DNA from: Pocillopora damicornis
Taxonomy: Eukaryota
Direction of reading: 5' to 3'
Length of the DNA stretch: 64,000 bases
Assembly (NCBI RefSeq): GCF_003704095.1
Contig: NW_020843823.1
Coordinates: 1-64,000 of the forward strand
Part shown: positions 12,666 to 24,300 of the stretch, in pieces
Layout of the letters: the number at the start of each line of letters is the position of its first letter
Position numbering within the stretch: the first letter of the stretch is position 1
Translations under genes and position numbers: made by a program
Notes under the pieces: model-generated
Databases searched by the model: none
Seen by the model: only the letters and a program-made list of their open reading frames with translations
Told to the model about the DNA's origin: nothing

Positions 12666-15600
12666 TGCTTTGAGTATTAAGTGAAAATCTCACTGATTTT
12701 TACGGTTGCGTACCTTTCCCAACGTTTCCAAAGCTTCGTTCACCAACTGCACCAGAAACACAAATTTCTAAGCGTAACTAAGTATTTACTCAATGACGCG
12801 CATTAAATTTCTTAATGGCTTGAACAATGTTTTGAGTACTAAGACAAATAATCACAAATGATTGGTCGGTTACTTTTGATATGAAGCAGATCGAAACTGA
12901 AAATGATGATCCTGGTTGGTGATTAAAATATTTTTGTTACCAGACACAAGGTTAATCCTGGCGAAGTAGAATGGGCATTGATAATTGGAAAATTTTCAAT
13001 TACTTGAAAAATTTTTTAACCACCCGCAAGTCAAAGTCGCTTCAGTTCAGCAACAGAAAAACATACGAGAATGAAAATGAGGAAATAATTGGATTTAAAA
13101 AAAGTGGAGAAGAAATTATTTCTCTCTGTTAATAGTAGTGGTCTTTCTCGCAGTCGTTTCTTGTTTCCTTGTTTCCGTTTCTTGTTTTTCTTGTTTCCTT
13201 GTCGTCACGCCATTCTGTGTTGCGTGACGACAATGAACAACAAAGACGACTGAGTTACGACTCGACACCCGGAAATCCTCAGTCATCACCAGTTATGTTG
13301 TTGTAGCCAATTATAGACTAGGAACAGTCCTTCTATTCGGTGATGACCGTCGCACGAGTAACAAAAGTCAACGCAGAAAAATTTAAGGTTGGCGAGCCAA
13401 GCGGAACTCGGGCGCGCTATCATCATCTTTTCCGTTTTCGCTAATTTTTTTTTTTTGATACGCGCGGCCAACCTCTCCGAAAAGGAGAGATTGCTCGTAG
13501 TCTAAGCCAAATAATTTCCAACTTGTTTCATTTATTTTTTCATAAATTTGAATTTTGTCACCCTCGTGTATCCTTTGGATCGATTTCATCCGTTCTCTCA
13601 TGCCTAGTTTTTGTTTCTCTGCGAAAAGGCTGATTATCGAGCCTGATGCTTCTTCGCTGAGCTTCGGTAACCGTAAACTATCAGTTGACTCATTTTTCCG
13701 CGCTGTAGTGAGAGCGCCAAAGGACTTGCACGAGTGAAGATTCCTCTGAGACCACGCCTCATTAGGTTACCACTGTTATTCAGCATGTTTACATTTTACC
13801 TGATTTGGTGAAACTCGGTTATTAATTTTGCTGTCACAAAATTAAAAAACTCGTTTAAAAGGGCAATTTTATCTTTATTACAATCAGTGCACTGTTTTTC
13901 TCTTTAAGAAAGCTGTACATCGGCAGTGACGTCTTGTTCTTAACGAGCAGATTATATATCACTTTCCCATGGAGGTTAAAAAAATTGGTTTCACTTCATT
14001 GCTATCCGACAAAAATACATTTCACTATTTTCTCATGGTAAATTACACTAGCATACAAAAATAGAAAAAAATTCGGTCTTGAAAATTCAAATCTAGACGG
14101 GTAGGGAGCGTGTAGTTACAATTTTCGAGACAATCCATCGGTAACAAGCGAAAAACCGCACTAAGGTTAGTCATTGGCCTTTTTATGCCTCTTCATCGAG
14201 AGATCCAGGGCCTGGAGCAGGATGACAACGGCTATGGTTTATAGACGAAAAATGAAACAGTCATTTAGGAGACTGAATATTTGTAAAAAAAAAAAAAATT
14301 GAAAAGAATGATTTCAACGCCTCAATCTTCATCATAAAGTAAAAATGAGAGCAATATCTCACAAAGAAAAATGAATCCTAGGAATTTTTTTCCACTACAC
14401 GTATTTCCAAAAAGGTATTGGCAACAAATGAGTTTCAAAAGAATGCACAAAGGAAACTTTTTACTCAAAATTCTACCTATGCATATGGAAAATGTTCACA
14501 GAATTACGAAATAAATTTCATGACAGCTCATAAGGCCAGAACTGAGTTTTAGACTGTCTTATGCATTGAGTTACCTTTTATAAATTACTTTTTTTTAATT
14601 GTTATAAATAACATAGCACAAGAAGAATTGCAACTTATCTTAAGCTACATATTTACCTTGTTTGTTAAAAATTATTTTGTAGTGGCTTGGTCATCCAAAA
14701 AATGTTTTAACAGAGCATTAAAATATACTACAACCATTTTTTTTCCCTACCAGTGGCTTACAATTGCCACAAATGTTTCAATTACAACAGCATTGCTAGT
14801 ACATAAATAAAACCTTGACCACAAGGAACGATATCAGTCCACATACCAACTCATATTTTAGATAATTCAAGAAAAAAGAATTAGACAAGAGAGGTTGTCT
14901 GAGAAAACAGCAACACACTCACTGGTTAGACAACAAAAAAGTTGTGAAACTCCTGCAACCTTGGACTAAATAAATAGAAAATTAAGACTAACTTTCATGC
15001 AGTCACACTGCTTGCCTATAGGCACAGGGGGCCATGAGCCGACTAATGTCAATGAAATCACATGCCAGACACTTTGGGGCTATTTTTTTAAAACTCTGAC
15101 CTGGGGTATAAGGATTTTAATTGCATTTTTCTCTGTTTGAAGATGCAATTTTGAAACCAGTAGACCTCCTTCATAAATGGCTAGCATATTTGCAATCTTT
15201 TGTAACATCTATGTCAATTAGCCTTTCTTCCCCAGAGATCTCAATAAAAGCCAGTAACTGGTGAAATTCCATACCTATCTAAAACAAAATTGAGCCTATT
15301 TTCTCTGAAATCAACAGCATTAAAGCAAACATCCAACTTGCATTAGATGCCTATTTGAGTTTGTGCCATCTAATTTAAAGCTTATTGAAGCCCCAACTGC
15401 CCTCCATAGGCTGTTTGAAAAAAAATATTATTCAAAAAAAGTTGAAGATGTCTTATTCACGTGATTATCATGCCTGCCATCATGAAAGAAGTCTATTTGA
15501 GGAAAATCAAAGATCACCCCTTCTATTGCATCAAAAACATGGGAAAAAGAAATGTTTTAAATTTAATTGATTTTAGATGAGCTTTTGTTTTTATTTCATT

Positions 15601-16119
15601 TCAAACTGTCCAAGTTTCAGTGTCAAATTTAGAGATGCTTAGTACAAACAATGTTTCTTATATTGAACTTGCAATTACTTGTTACACACTCACAGGTACT
15701 CAAAAAGACCCACTAGTGGAAAAGCTATTGATAAGGAGTCCTGCCATCTCTGATGACCACAAAATATACACCAAAGATAGTGAGAAGTCAATGCTTCAAA
15801 AGTTCCATACTTGAACACACAAGGAAAACCAAAGTCAATATGATTTTCAAAATGAGAAAAATTTCTCACAGGCTTTGAAAAAGGACTACCAATTCTGTGA
15901 CGATATGGAAGGGACTAGAGGAATTTCATAAAAAAGGAATGCAAAGAACATCACTGATTTTAAATACCTGTACAATGGTACATTGTTCAAGTGAACATGA
16001 TGGGTCCAAGGTTAGAAATACAACCAAGTTTTCAGGGTTCAAATAAAATTCATGTAGGGAACCTCTTGAAGCATTGCCTTGCATTCTGATATCAAAAGTT
16101 TATTACAAAACTATGCATT

Positions 16120-19100
16120 TCATACGCGTGGCTCCATTTCCATTCCCTGTTGGCCTGGCCTCTGTTGAGGGTTTCGCTTCTTGCGACCTGGGAGTGTCTT
16201 GGCAGGTTTCTTTGCCTCTTTGTGAGGATTACTGCTTGGAGTGTAGCGCGCACACAAAAAGACAAAAAGTCCAATGAAGACACAAAAGGCGATTGTACCA
16301 AGCATGATGGCCCACCAATACTTCTTAACTGTTTCTTTGAGGCCTGTTGATGAAAAAAAAATTATTTTTAAACAATTTCTTTGAGGTTACGCAACTGTAA
16401 CACATAACTTATTACCTTGGCCAGCCTCAAATTAGCACCTTACTACAAATGAACCCCTCCTCCCTTAATTTCCAAGATATTGAGGAAACTTCACCCCATT
16501 CTTCCCGGTTTCTGATACTCAAATGGCACACATTGATGCATAACCAAGAAATGGGATCATGATCATGTACAATAAGTTCACAATAAGACTACCAACATTT
16601 TTAAAAAGCCTTTCTTACAATTTCCAATATGACAATATTTATGTAAGTGCAGATATCCTTCCTGTTTGTAAAAATTAAGGACAAGCCAACACTAATATAT
16701 ATAGAGTGGCAAGTTACTGGAAGTTTCAGTTTTTCACAATATAACAGTCTATAGTCATTTTAAGCTGAATTTAATAAAAAGAGCACACAAATGGATAACT
16801 ACACACTTCACAGACACCTCAACTTAAAGTGAGGTAAATCAATACAAGTAAAAAGCATCACATCATATAGTGCATCATATAGTTGCCTTGTCAAACATGA
16901 TAAAGTTACCATCAGGCTTCCCCGGTGCACAAGCTTCAGTTTCTGGATCATGCTAAGGAAAAGAAAACATATGGTGCTATCATTTTCTCACCCTCCACAG
17001 TGAAGAACTTCTGCTTGAGACGTAGAAGAGGACCTTCCATGTCAACACGGCGGCATATGGCGAATACATCACAATATCCATTAAGGTTATCACAAGGTGT
17101 CCCTGGAACCAACTTCAATGACCGTAGTTCTGTCGCCATCTATGGTGAAAAAAGTCTCTTAGATTCTAAGAACTTATAAATCTTATATAGGAAGATAGGT
17201 AGGAAGCAAGCATTACAAACAATCCAAGATGTTAAAGGGAACTTGACCCCGTAAGTTGTATATCAAAGGTTGATCTCCTTATTTTCCATCTTTAATTTGC
17301 ATGTTGTTTGCGTGAATGCGGTGGGGACATTCATGCTTGAGCCCACATGGCTAGTATAGAAGAGTAAAGCTCCAAGAATATAAAATCAGCTATATTTATG
17401 ATTTAACAATCATCTGTAGTGAGTGACCAGGACAAAATTTCTCCTTCCAAAATCAATATAATATCAAGGAAATGAGTGATAAAGAACACAGAAAAATACG
17501 AATTAGGGGATTATTAAATAGTCCTGTACCAAATTATCCAAACTAGCATCATAGGATTGTATGGAAAATTTTACGGAGAAATAATGATGAGATCTTGAGA
17601 GTGAAAGGATCAATCAGTGTGGTATACATGTTCCATGGAGAATAACTGAGCACTTATGCCAGGATTAAACTGCCCAAGCTGAGGTTAGGCACTGCAGAGA
17701 TTTGCACTTCTGCATATCTCTGCAAAAAATCCATGATGACCATTGATTTTCATACTAAAAAAGTAATTTGCTTTTATTTAGGTCATTATGAAGGATATAT
17801 CACCTGTGTCAAGCGTTTTGCTGAAGTACATGCTCCCCCCACTTCCTTGCAACACAGATCACAAAGTTCCCTTTCCACTTCACACGAACACTCAACCAAG
17901 CCATATCTATGACAGACAGATGTAGAACATTGCCCTGAGTAACACAGGCGACGTCCTTCGTCACAGAGGGTCCCATTCTTAAGTGGTTCAGGAGGATCAC
18001 AGCTGAATGAATGGCCACTGCATGATGTGTTTTTGGTGCAGCCATTTGTGACAGAGCATACAACTGCAGGTCCTTCATATTTGCACATTTTGCTACAGCA
18101 TGGTCCTAAATGCAAAAGAACAAACAAGTGTTATTTATGCAAGGGAAAAATATATTTCTTAATTTCAAATTCCTGAAAATCATACATTTTAACTACAAAG
18201 GCTGTCTGTCACAGATTAACCAACCTTGGCTGGGGCTACAAACATAACCCCCTTTAACTCTAAGAGAGCACTGGCCAGGATTTTTTTTGCTGGGATCTGA
18301 ATTTGCTGGAATGCAACAATCTTCAGCACAAGTGTTATCATTTCCACAGTCACACTCTTCACCCTCCTCTACAATCTTGTTGCCACAAAGAGGTTCTTTA
18401 GGGTTAACAAAGCAATCCTTTTTCTTATTTCTTTTAAAGTTGACATTTTCCTTGATGCTATCTTTGCTGCATGGTGAGAACCTGTCATTGTTAGGTTCAA
18501 TACCAGATGTTGCCTTGTCAAACATGATAAAGTTACCATCAGGCTTCCCCGGTGCACAAGCTTCAGTTTCTGGATCATGCTAAGTAAAAGAAAACATTCC
18601 CAGTAAATATTTTAGCTATTTAATCTGTTTTGAAAAACAAGCAAGTTCTGCCAATTTAAGCAATGACCACAACAGGAACTACTTTGAAAGTCACACATAC
18701 ACAATATTGTTCGTGATAAATAAATGAATCACATCATTGCTAATTATATCATTAAGAAAATATGTTTTATAACGCTGAAAAAGTATTTGTTGATTGTGAC
18801 CAAGGCTTTACAGGTTTGACATTCAAAACTGTTTAAACAGTGAGCAAATTAAATGAAGAATTGCACCAGATAATGGCAAATTTCATTCAAAAAACACTAG
18901 ACTTTTGTGGCTATCAAATTCATGTAATATTTGATGATGACATCATCACAATGTAGAACTTCTTTAATCAGACAATATTGCCATTGAAACTAAACACTCA
19001 TTTTTTCTGAAAATTGTTTGTGAAATAGATTTGATGGCTCAATGACCTTTTTTTTGTTTTCGGCTACTATCATCTTTGTGATTACAAAGTGAGTAGATAA

Positions 19101-21195
19101 ATTTTGAAGTATGTTGGGATAGGAAACATGTTGAGGCACCAGGCCCTTGCAAGAGAGTCCAAAGAAAACAAGACATGAATTTCATATATCTAAAATCATA
19201 ATTTTTCAACTAGTTGGAATGTTTGGTAAAATTTCCGCACAGCCCCATACTACATTATGCATTCAGTTCTTGGATAGAGAAAACAATGACAAAAACAATA
19301 GATTGCCGTTGGGAAAACAGATTTGTTTTACAATAGTATGGGGCTGTGCGGAAATTTTACCGAATGTTCCAGCTTTCGTTCACAATACACAGACACGTTC
19401 GTACTCTGTAAAGTTGATGTGTAAACTAAATTAAATACCTCCCTTTCCGCTTCTTAGTGAATAACTTTTCACATAACAAACCTTTCTCTCATATGTTTAT
19501 CCTTAATAAATAAATAAACTGTTATCAAGAATGTCACTGTTTACACGCAGCGCGCAAGTTGGATGTTTTCTTTATAGTTTGTTACAAAAACAAGCGAGAA
19601 GATGACTAATGCGGATCGTTTATCTTTATTTTACGCCGGTTTCGCAACTTGTTCCCTCCTAACATGCCGAATTCGCTAAGGCAGATTTCTTTGGGACAAG
19701 ATGTTGATTCTAAAAGATCGTGGGAGTAGAATGATAATATGAAGTAAGTGACGAATTCGGCATGTAAGTTGCGAACATGTAGCGAACTTGACACTAGCGT
19801 ACTCGTAGAGTAGCGAAACCGGCTGACAATTCTGTAATTTGACCTTCACGTATTAGGTCAGGCTCCAAATCCTTCGGCGAGGTAAGATTGAATTACACAG
19901 CAGTTTGTATCTAACTAGCAACTTATGTACAAAATGAATTGGGATCGGTATAAAAATTCCTACCTAATTCACAACTTACAACTTACAGCGCTAATCCAAG
20001 GAAAGCTTAGGTTCCACCTTTAGATAGGAAAACATAGGCATACCTGTGAGCCAAACCCGTGTCCAAGCTCGTGAGCAAACGTGATTTCTGAAACTCTCGG
20101 AGGTGTAAATCTTCCGTAAAGCTTCAAAGTCACGATACCAGTGTTGTAACTTCGTTTCTTGCCTCCGCCAATATCGACAAAATCATCGCAAATTCCTCCT
20201 AGCGCATTCCCTTTTGGATCTCCGATCCAAGCAAGACCCAAAATCCCGCCCTCAAAATCGCGATCGGTAAACAGAAACGCCTCGCATACACCACTGTGAT
20301 CAATGCTAGAGAAGAGATCTAAAAGGGTATCTATACCGACGTTGCTGTCTTTTACTTGGGAAGGTAAATTGTTGGGCGCTTTCTCGCTGTCGTTGAAGGC
20401 AACGATGGTCTTGACGCGGAAAGTTATTCCTTTTTGGTAGAAGTAATCTGTGCCGTTAAATTCGTTCGTGTAAATGATTTGAGCAGCCTGTACTTGCTTG
20501 ACGAGCTGAAAGATCGCCTTGGTTTTCCCACCGTATAACTTGGTGAAAAAGTTATCGGCGTAGAGACTAAGCGTACAGGCGTTTTTGTCGAGCTCTGATA
20601 CACTTTGTCTACGAGAACGGGAACGGTCTTGCCCTTCAAGCGAGCGTCTAACTCGCTCTGGAACCGCAAAGGCTGGTACTCTATGTTTGATATCTGCAAA
20701 ATTATGTTCGTACTCTAGGTCTTCCTCTTTATACATAACTGATGGAAAATCCTGCTTCTCATCAAAGTACCAGGATGACGGATCAACGTAGTAATTCTCG
20801 CTTCCACTCAATATCTTTCCGTGAAAGCCATCATCTTTGCTAATAACTCCGTACACATCAGAGTACGGTCGGCCTTCCACTTTCCCGCGTACTACGGAAT
20901 CCCGCTCAAAAGGTATCGGTTTTCCATCCCCAGAGAGAATTTTTGCATCTGCTGTAAATATCTCTCTATCGGGTTGCAAGTTTAGCCGATGAAATTTCCC
21001 AAACGCGGAAAAGGAGAATTTACCATGCGTGCTTCTTTCAACGGCTCTTCGATGAATGTTGTGGAAAGAAGTCGGGTCATAGTACAGAGGTTCGTAGTGT
21101 CTGATAAACTTGTTCAATCGCCTTCCTGTCCTACTCTCGCATTCATAACCAAGAGCGATGAGAAAGAAAAGAATGAACTGAAAATGTGGAGACAT
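16120..21195 (-). CDS. ADAM10: ADAM10/kuzbanian metalloprotease, 726 aa. Exons 21195-20044, 18579-18225, 18105-17804, 17139-16992, 16343-16120
   Basis: Signal peptide, LNKFIRHYEPL prodomain start, FTDRDFEGGILGLAW, zinc motif HELGHGFGSQH with Met-turn FIMF, disintegrin CGNKIVEEGEECDCG, Cys-rich GYCDVFAICRRVD, TM YWWAIML...LCARY, and the TPSSNP juxtamembrane motif. Confidence 0.96.
16883..16970 (-). repeat. Intragenic duplicate of the ADAM10 intron-1 acceptor plus the first ~70 nt of exon 2, inside intron 4
   Basis: Matches ~18509-18597 with one substitution in the pyrimidine tract. Confidence 0.9.
17402..17614. mobile_element. Degenerate TTAA-flanked MITE family copy
   Basis: Internal motifs gagtgaccag...aatttctcc...gagatcttgagagtgaaagg are shared with other copies in the window. 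Confidence 0.6.
19212..19374. mobile_element. Small MITE-like element with ~41-bp terminal inverted repeats in ADAM10 intron 1
   Basis: agttggaatgtttggtaaaatttccgcacagccccatacta (19212-19252) versus its near reverse complement at 19334-19374. Confidence 0.75.
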
Positions 21196-21365
21196 GGCTC
21201 TAACAAGTTACCGAAGTGAGCAAAGAAATACACTCCCACATCCAACAGACGCGGTGGTCACGCTTTCGTAGAATAGCGGCAACACCTTCGTGATTAATCG
21301 GAAGACGTCGGTATATTGCCGAGTATTGACGAGGCAAAGAAAAAGGTCCCCGGGAGATAATCAAA
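21196..21365. promoter_or_regulatory. Bidirectional promoter region ADAM10 (-) / XPNPEP3 (+)
   Basis: Divergent ATGs are separated by 170 bp. CpG-richer region with a YY1-like AAAATGGCGG motif at the XPNPEP3 start. Confidence 0.65.
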
Positions 21366-24300
21366 ATGGCGGCCAATGTGAAACACATTGCAGCGCAAAT
21401 ACCCAAATTAACTCTTTTTTCGAAAACAAATCGACGCTTATTTGGTAAGTTTGAAAGAGAGATACCTTAGAGACTTGTTCTGGATTCGCTCTAATATTAT
21501 AATAGTTGGTAGATTTCTCCATGGAGCAAAGTTTACGAGGTGGAAATGTCGGCATCGTAACGCCACAATGTCTGCCCCTCAGGCTTGCGAGGAAAGCACC
21601 TGGAGCGGTATCGCTGGACCAGAGACTTTTGCCAAGGAAGGTAAAACATTCCCCCTTTTTTTCACTTTTACAAGTTGCTCTACTATGGCTGTTTCGTCTG
21701 GGCTTTGAGTGATCCTTAATTAAGGGAAACCCGTAGTTATACCCCGGTAGCCGGTCCCCCATGCGATTTACGCGGATGCCCGTTGCGGGCTGACAAAAGA
21801 CAAATTTGGATCATACTCAGTATTTGAAAGACTCATGTCGAAACACTACTTTCCATTTTTCTTGGTATCTTGGTATCTGCAGTTTTGTTGGTGCAAATTG
21901 TTTAGAACTGGTGTTAACTGTTTTCTGTCTTTCCGTGACGTGGTATCTCAGAGATAGTGATCCTGCATATCTCACTTTCATAATTATTTGCTCTATAAAG
22001 TCGCTTTCCTTGGGAAGGCCGGAAGGACTTCCCTTTATGATTTTATGAATCAGGAAGTTTGGGTTTTGATTATGAACGTTTTCCCTATAATCTTCTTTAT
22101 TAGGGTTGGGGGAAGGGGGTATGGAGAGGGTCCAAAAAAACAAAACAAAAAAAAAATCAGCAAGTATATGTTTGTGAGTGATTCAATTAAGCTGAGATTT
22201 CAAAGCCTTAGAATGAAGTAGACATTTAAATTTTTAAAGGAATTCTTCTTTGCTGTTAGTTTCCACTCTTATTAAAGGGAATGTTTTTAATGTTTTAAAT
22301 CAATTTCATTCCATAAAGTGTTTACAAACACTCAAATATGTCCTGTTGCTTTATTTCTCAGAAAAACTGAAGTCCCTCAGTGAAAAAGGACTAAGATTTG
22401 TTGGTGACAAGGCAAAAACAATTGGACAACCAACACCAGAATCGCACCCTCACCTGATGGAGGAAAATGAAAGTGAGTGACAAGGATGTCAGTCAAGTTA
22501 ATTTTTACTTCAACTGTGAACCAACATAAGCATCCAGGACTTAGCTATTAGACACAGAGACCTGTGTCTATTAGAATAAGTCCCTTCTTTGAATTAACTT
22601 TTATTCAGAACTTAAAGTTATCGGTGAGCTCTCCTCTCTGTAAAGGCCCTTTTCTCTGTCACCACCCTAGCAAAGAGGGACCATCCAGCTGCAACTTATT
22701 CAGATCTCTATTGCTTGAATCCACTAGAATTAATATTAACCCCCCCTGGATGGAATGTGAGTCAGATACCTTCCTTTCTCCACATTCAGTCAGGTTCCCC
22801 TGACAGTTCACCTACAGCTATATATCAATTTATGCATCCAGATGGAAAGGATAAGGTGACATTGTAGTGCCTTGCTGGTGAACACTATAAATAAATTCCC
22901 TGCACAGGTCTCGAACATGAACCTCTTGACTCAGAGACCAGCACACTCCCAGTTGAGCGATTGTGTCTCCCAATGTGCAAAAAGTAAAAAAAAGGAACAT
23001 TAGACAATGGTAGCTGACTTAAAGTTTTGTCCTTTATTTTGGCTGGGTAGTTTTTTTGTGAAAAAAGGTACAATTCTATTTGAAAGACTGTCAGTCTTTC
23101 AGTTTCTTTCACCTTAGTAAGTTTTGGTTCAAATTGTTCATGTTATTTCATTATTTGAAACCAATCTGGTTATTACATTCATTAGTTTATTGGTTATTAC
23201 ATTCATTAGTTGATTTGGTTATTACATTTATCAGATGATGATAATGAATGTAGAATACAGAGGTCAGAAAAAAAAATTAAACCCCTAGAAAAATTTTATA
23301 CCACAACTAAATTAAATTACAAATTATATCCTTGTAAAAGTTCAAAAATGCAGTATAACTCAAAGGGCACAGGTACTCTGTATTGTTGAGACTGAAATTA
23401 TGCTTTTACATGTGGTAATGATTTCTAAAGAAAAAAGCTGATTTTCTGGTAAATATTTGAAATTTGTGGCCAATGTAAGAAAATATGAAAAGAGCAGAAT
23501 TAGATAGCAAGCACAGTAACTGTAGATTGACCCAATTTGGAGTGATCTTGTCACAGTTTACAATTTTAATGACTCTTCTTGCATTTAAAGTAAATTGTTG
23601 TCACAAATTATACTAATTTGAAATCATACCTTATCAAATCTTGCTTTATCAATACCAGCTGTAAAAGTTGTACCTTAATGTTTATCACAAAATGTGATTT
23701 ACAAATATTAATTTTTTTTAATCTTATCCATTGTTCTACTGGATTCTTCTTTTCAATCACCGATTGAGAAGGAAAAGGATGCTTTTAACCAAAATTAGTA
23801 ATAGTGATAACAAGACTTTTTTTCTTAGAATATGAACCTTTTTGTAGTAACTAGTGTTTGTTAGCAGGTTTTTTAATATTTATGAGAGGGATAGCAGATT
23901 AAGAGATTTTCCAAACTTGTTGTTTGTCACTGTTGCAGGTAATACCTGCCAACATATTATTACAAAATTGAAGAAACAATAGAGCAAGGGATTGTGGGAA
24001 TGGTTATTTTTATCTTTCTCACAAAGCACATGGATTGAGGAACTACTCTAAAAATGTAAAGTGAACTCCAAATTTTTGGGTCTTTTTGGACTAGCATCTG
24101 AAATGGAAAGGAGCTGCATTTATGCTTATTTGGATAGTGGATTATTGTTTCAGATTTTTTATTTTAGATGTGACTTAAAAGACACTTGGTCATTACTACT
24201 TTGCTAGCCATATACTTCTGTCACCATGTGGAATTTTACTCTCCGACGGATCATATCTTTGGCAATTTTTTTCTGCACTTTATTTGCTATTTTTTTGGCC

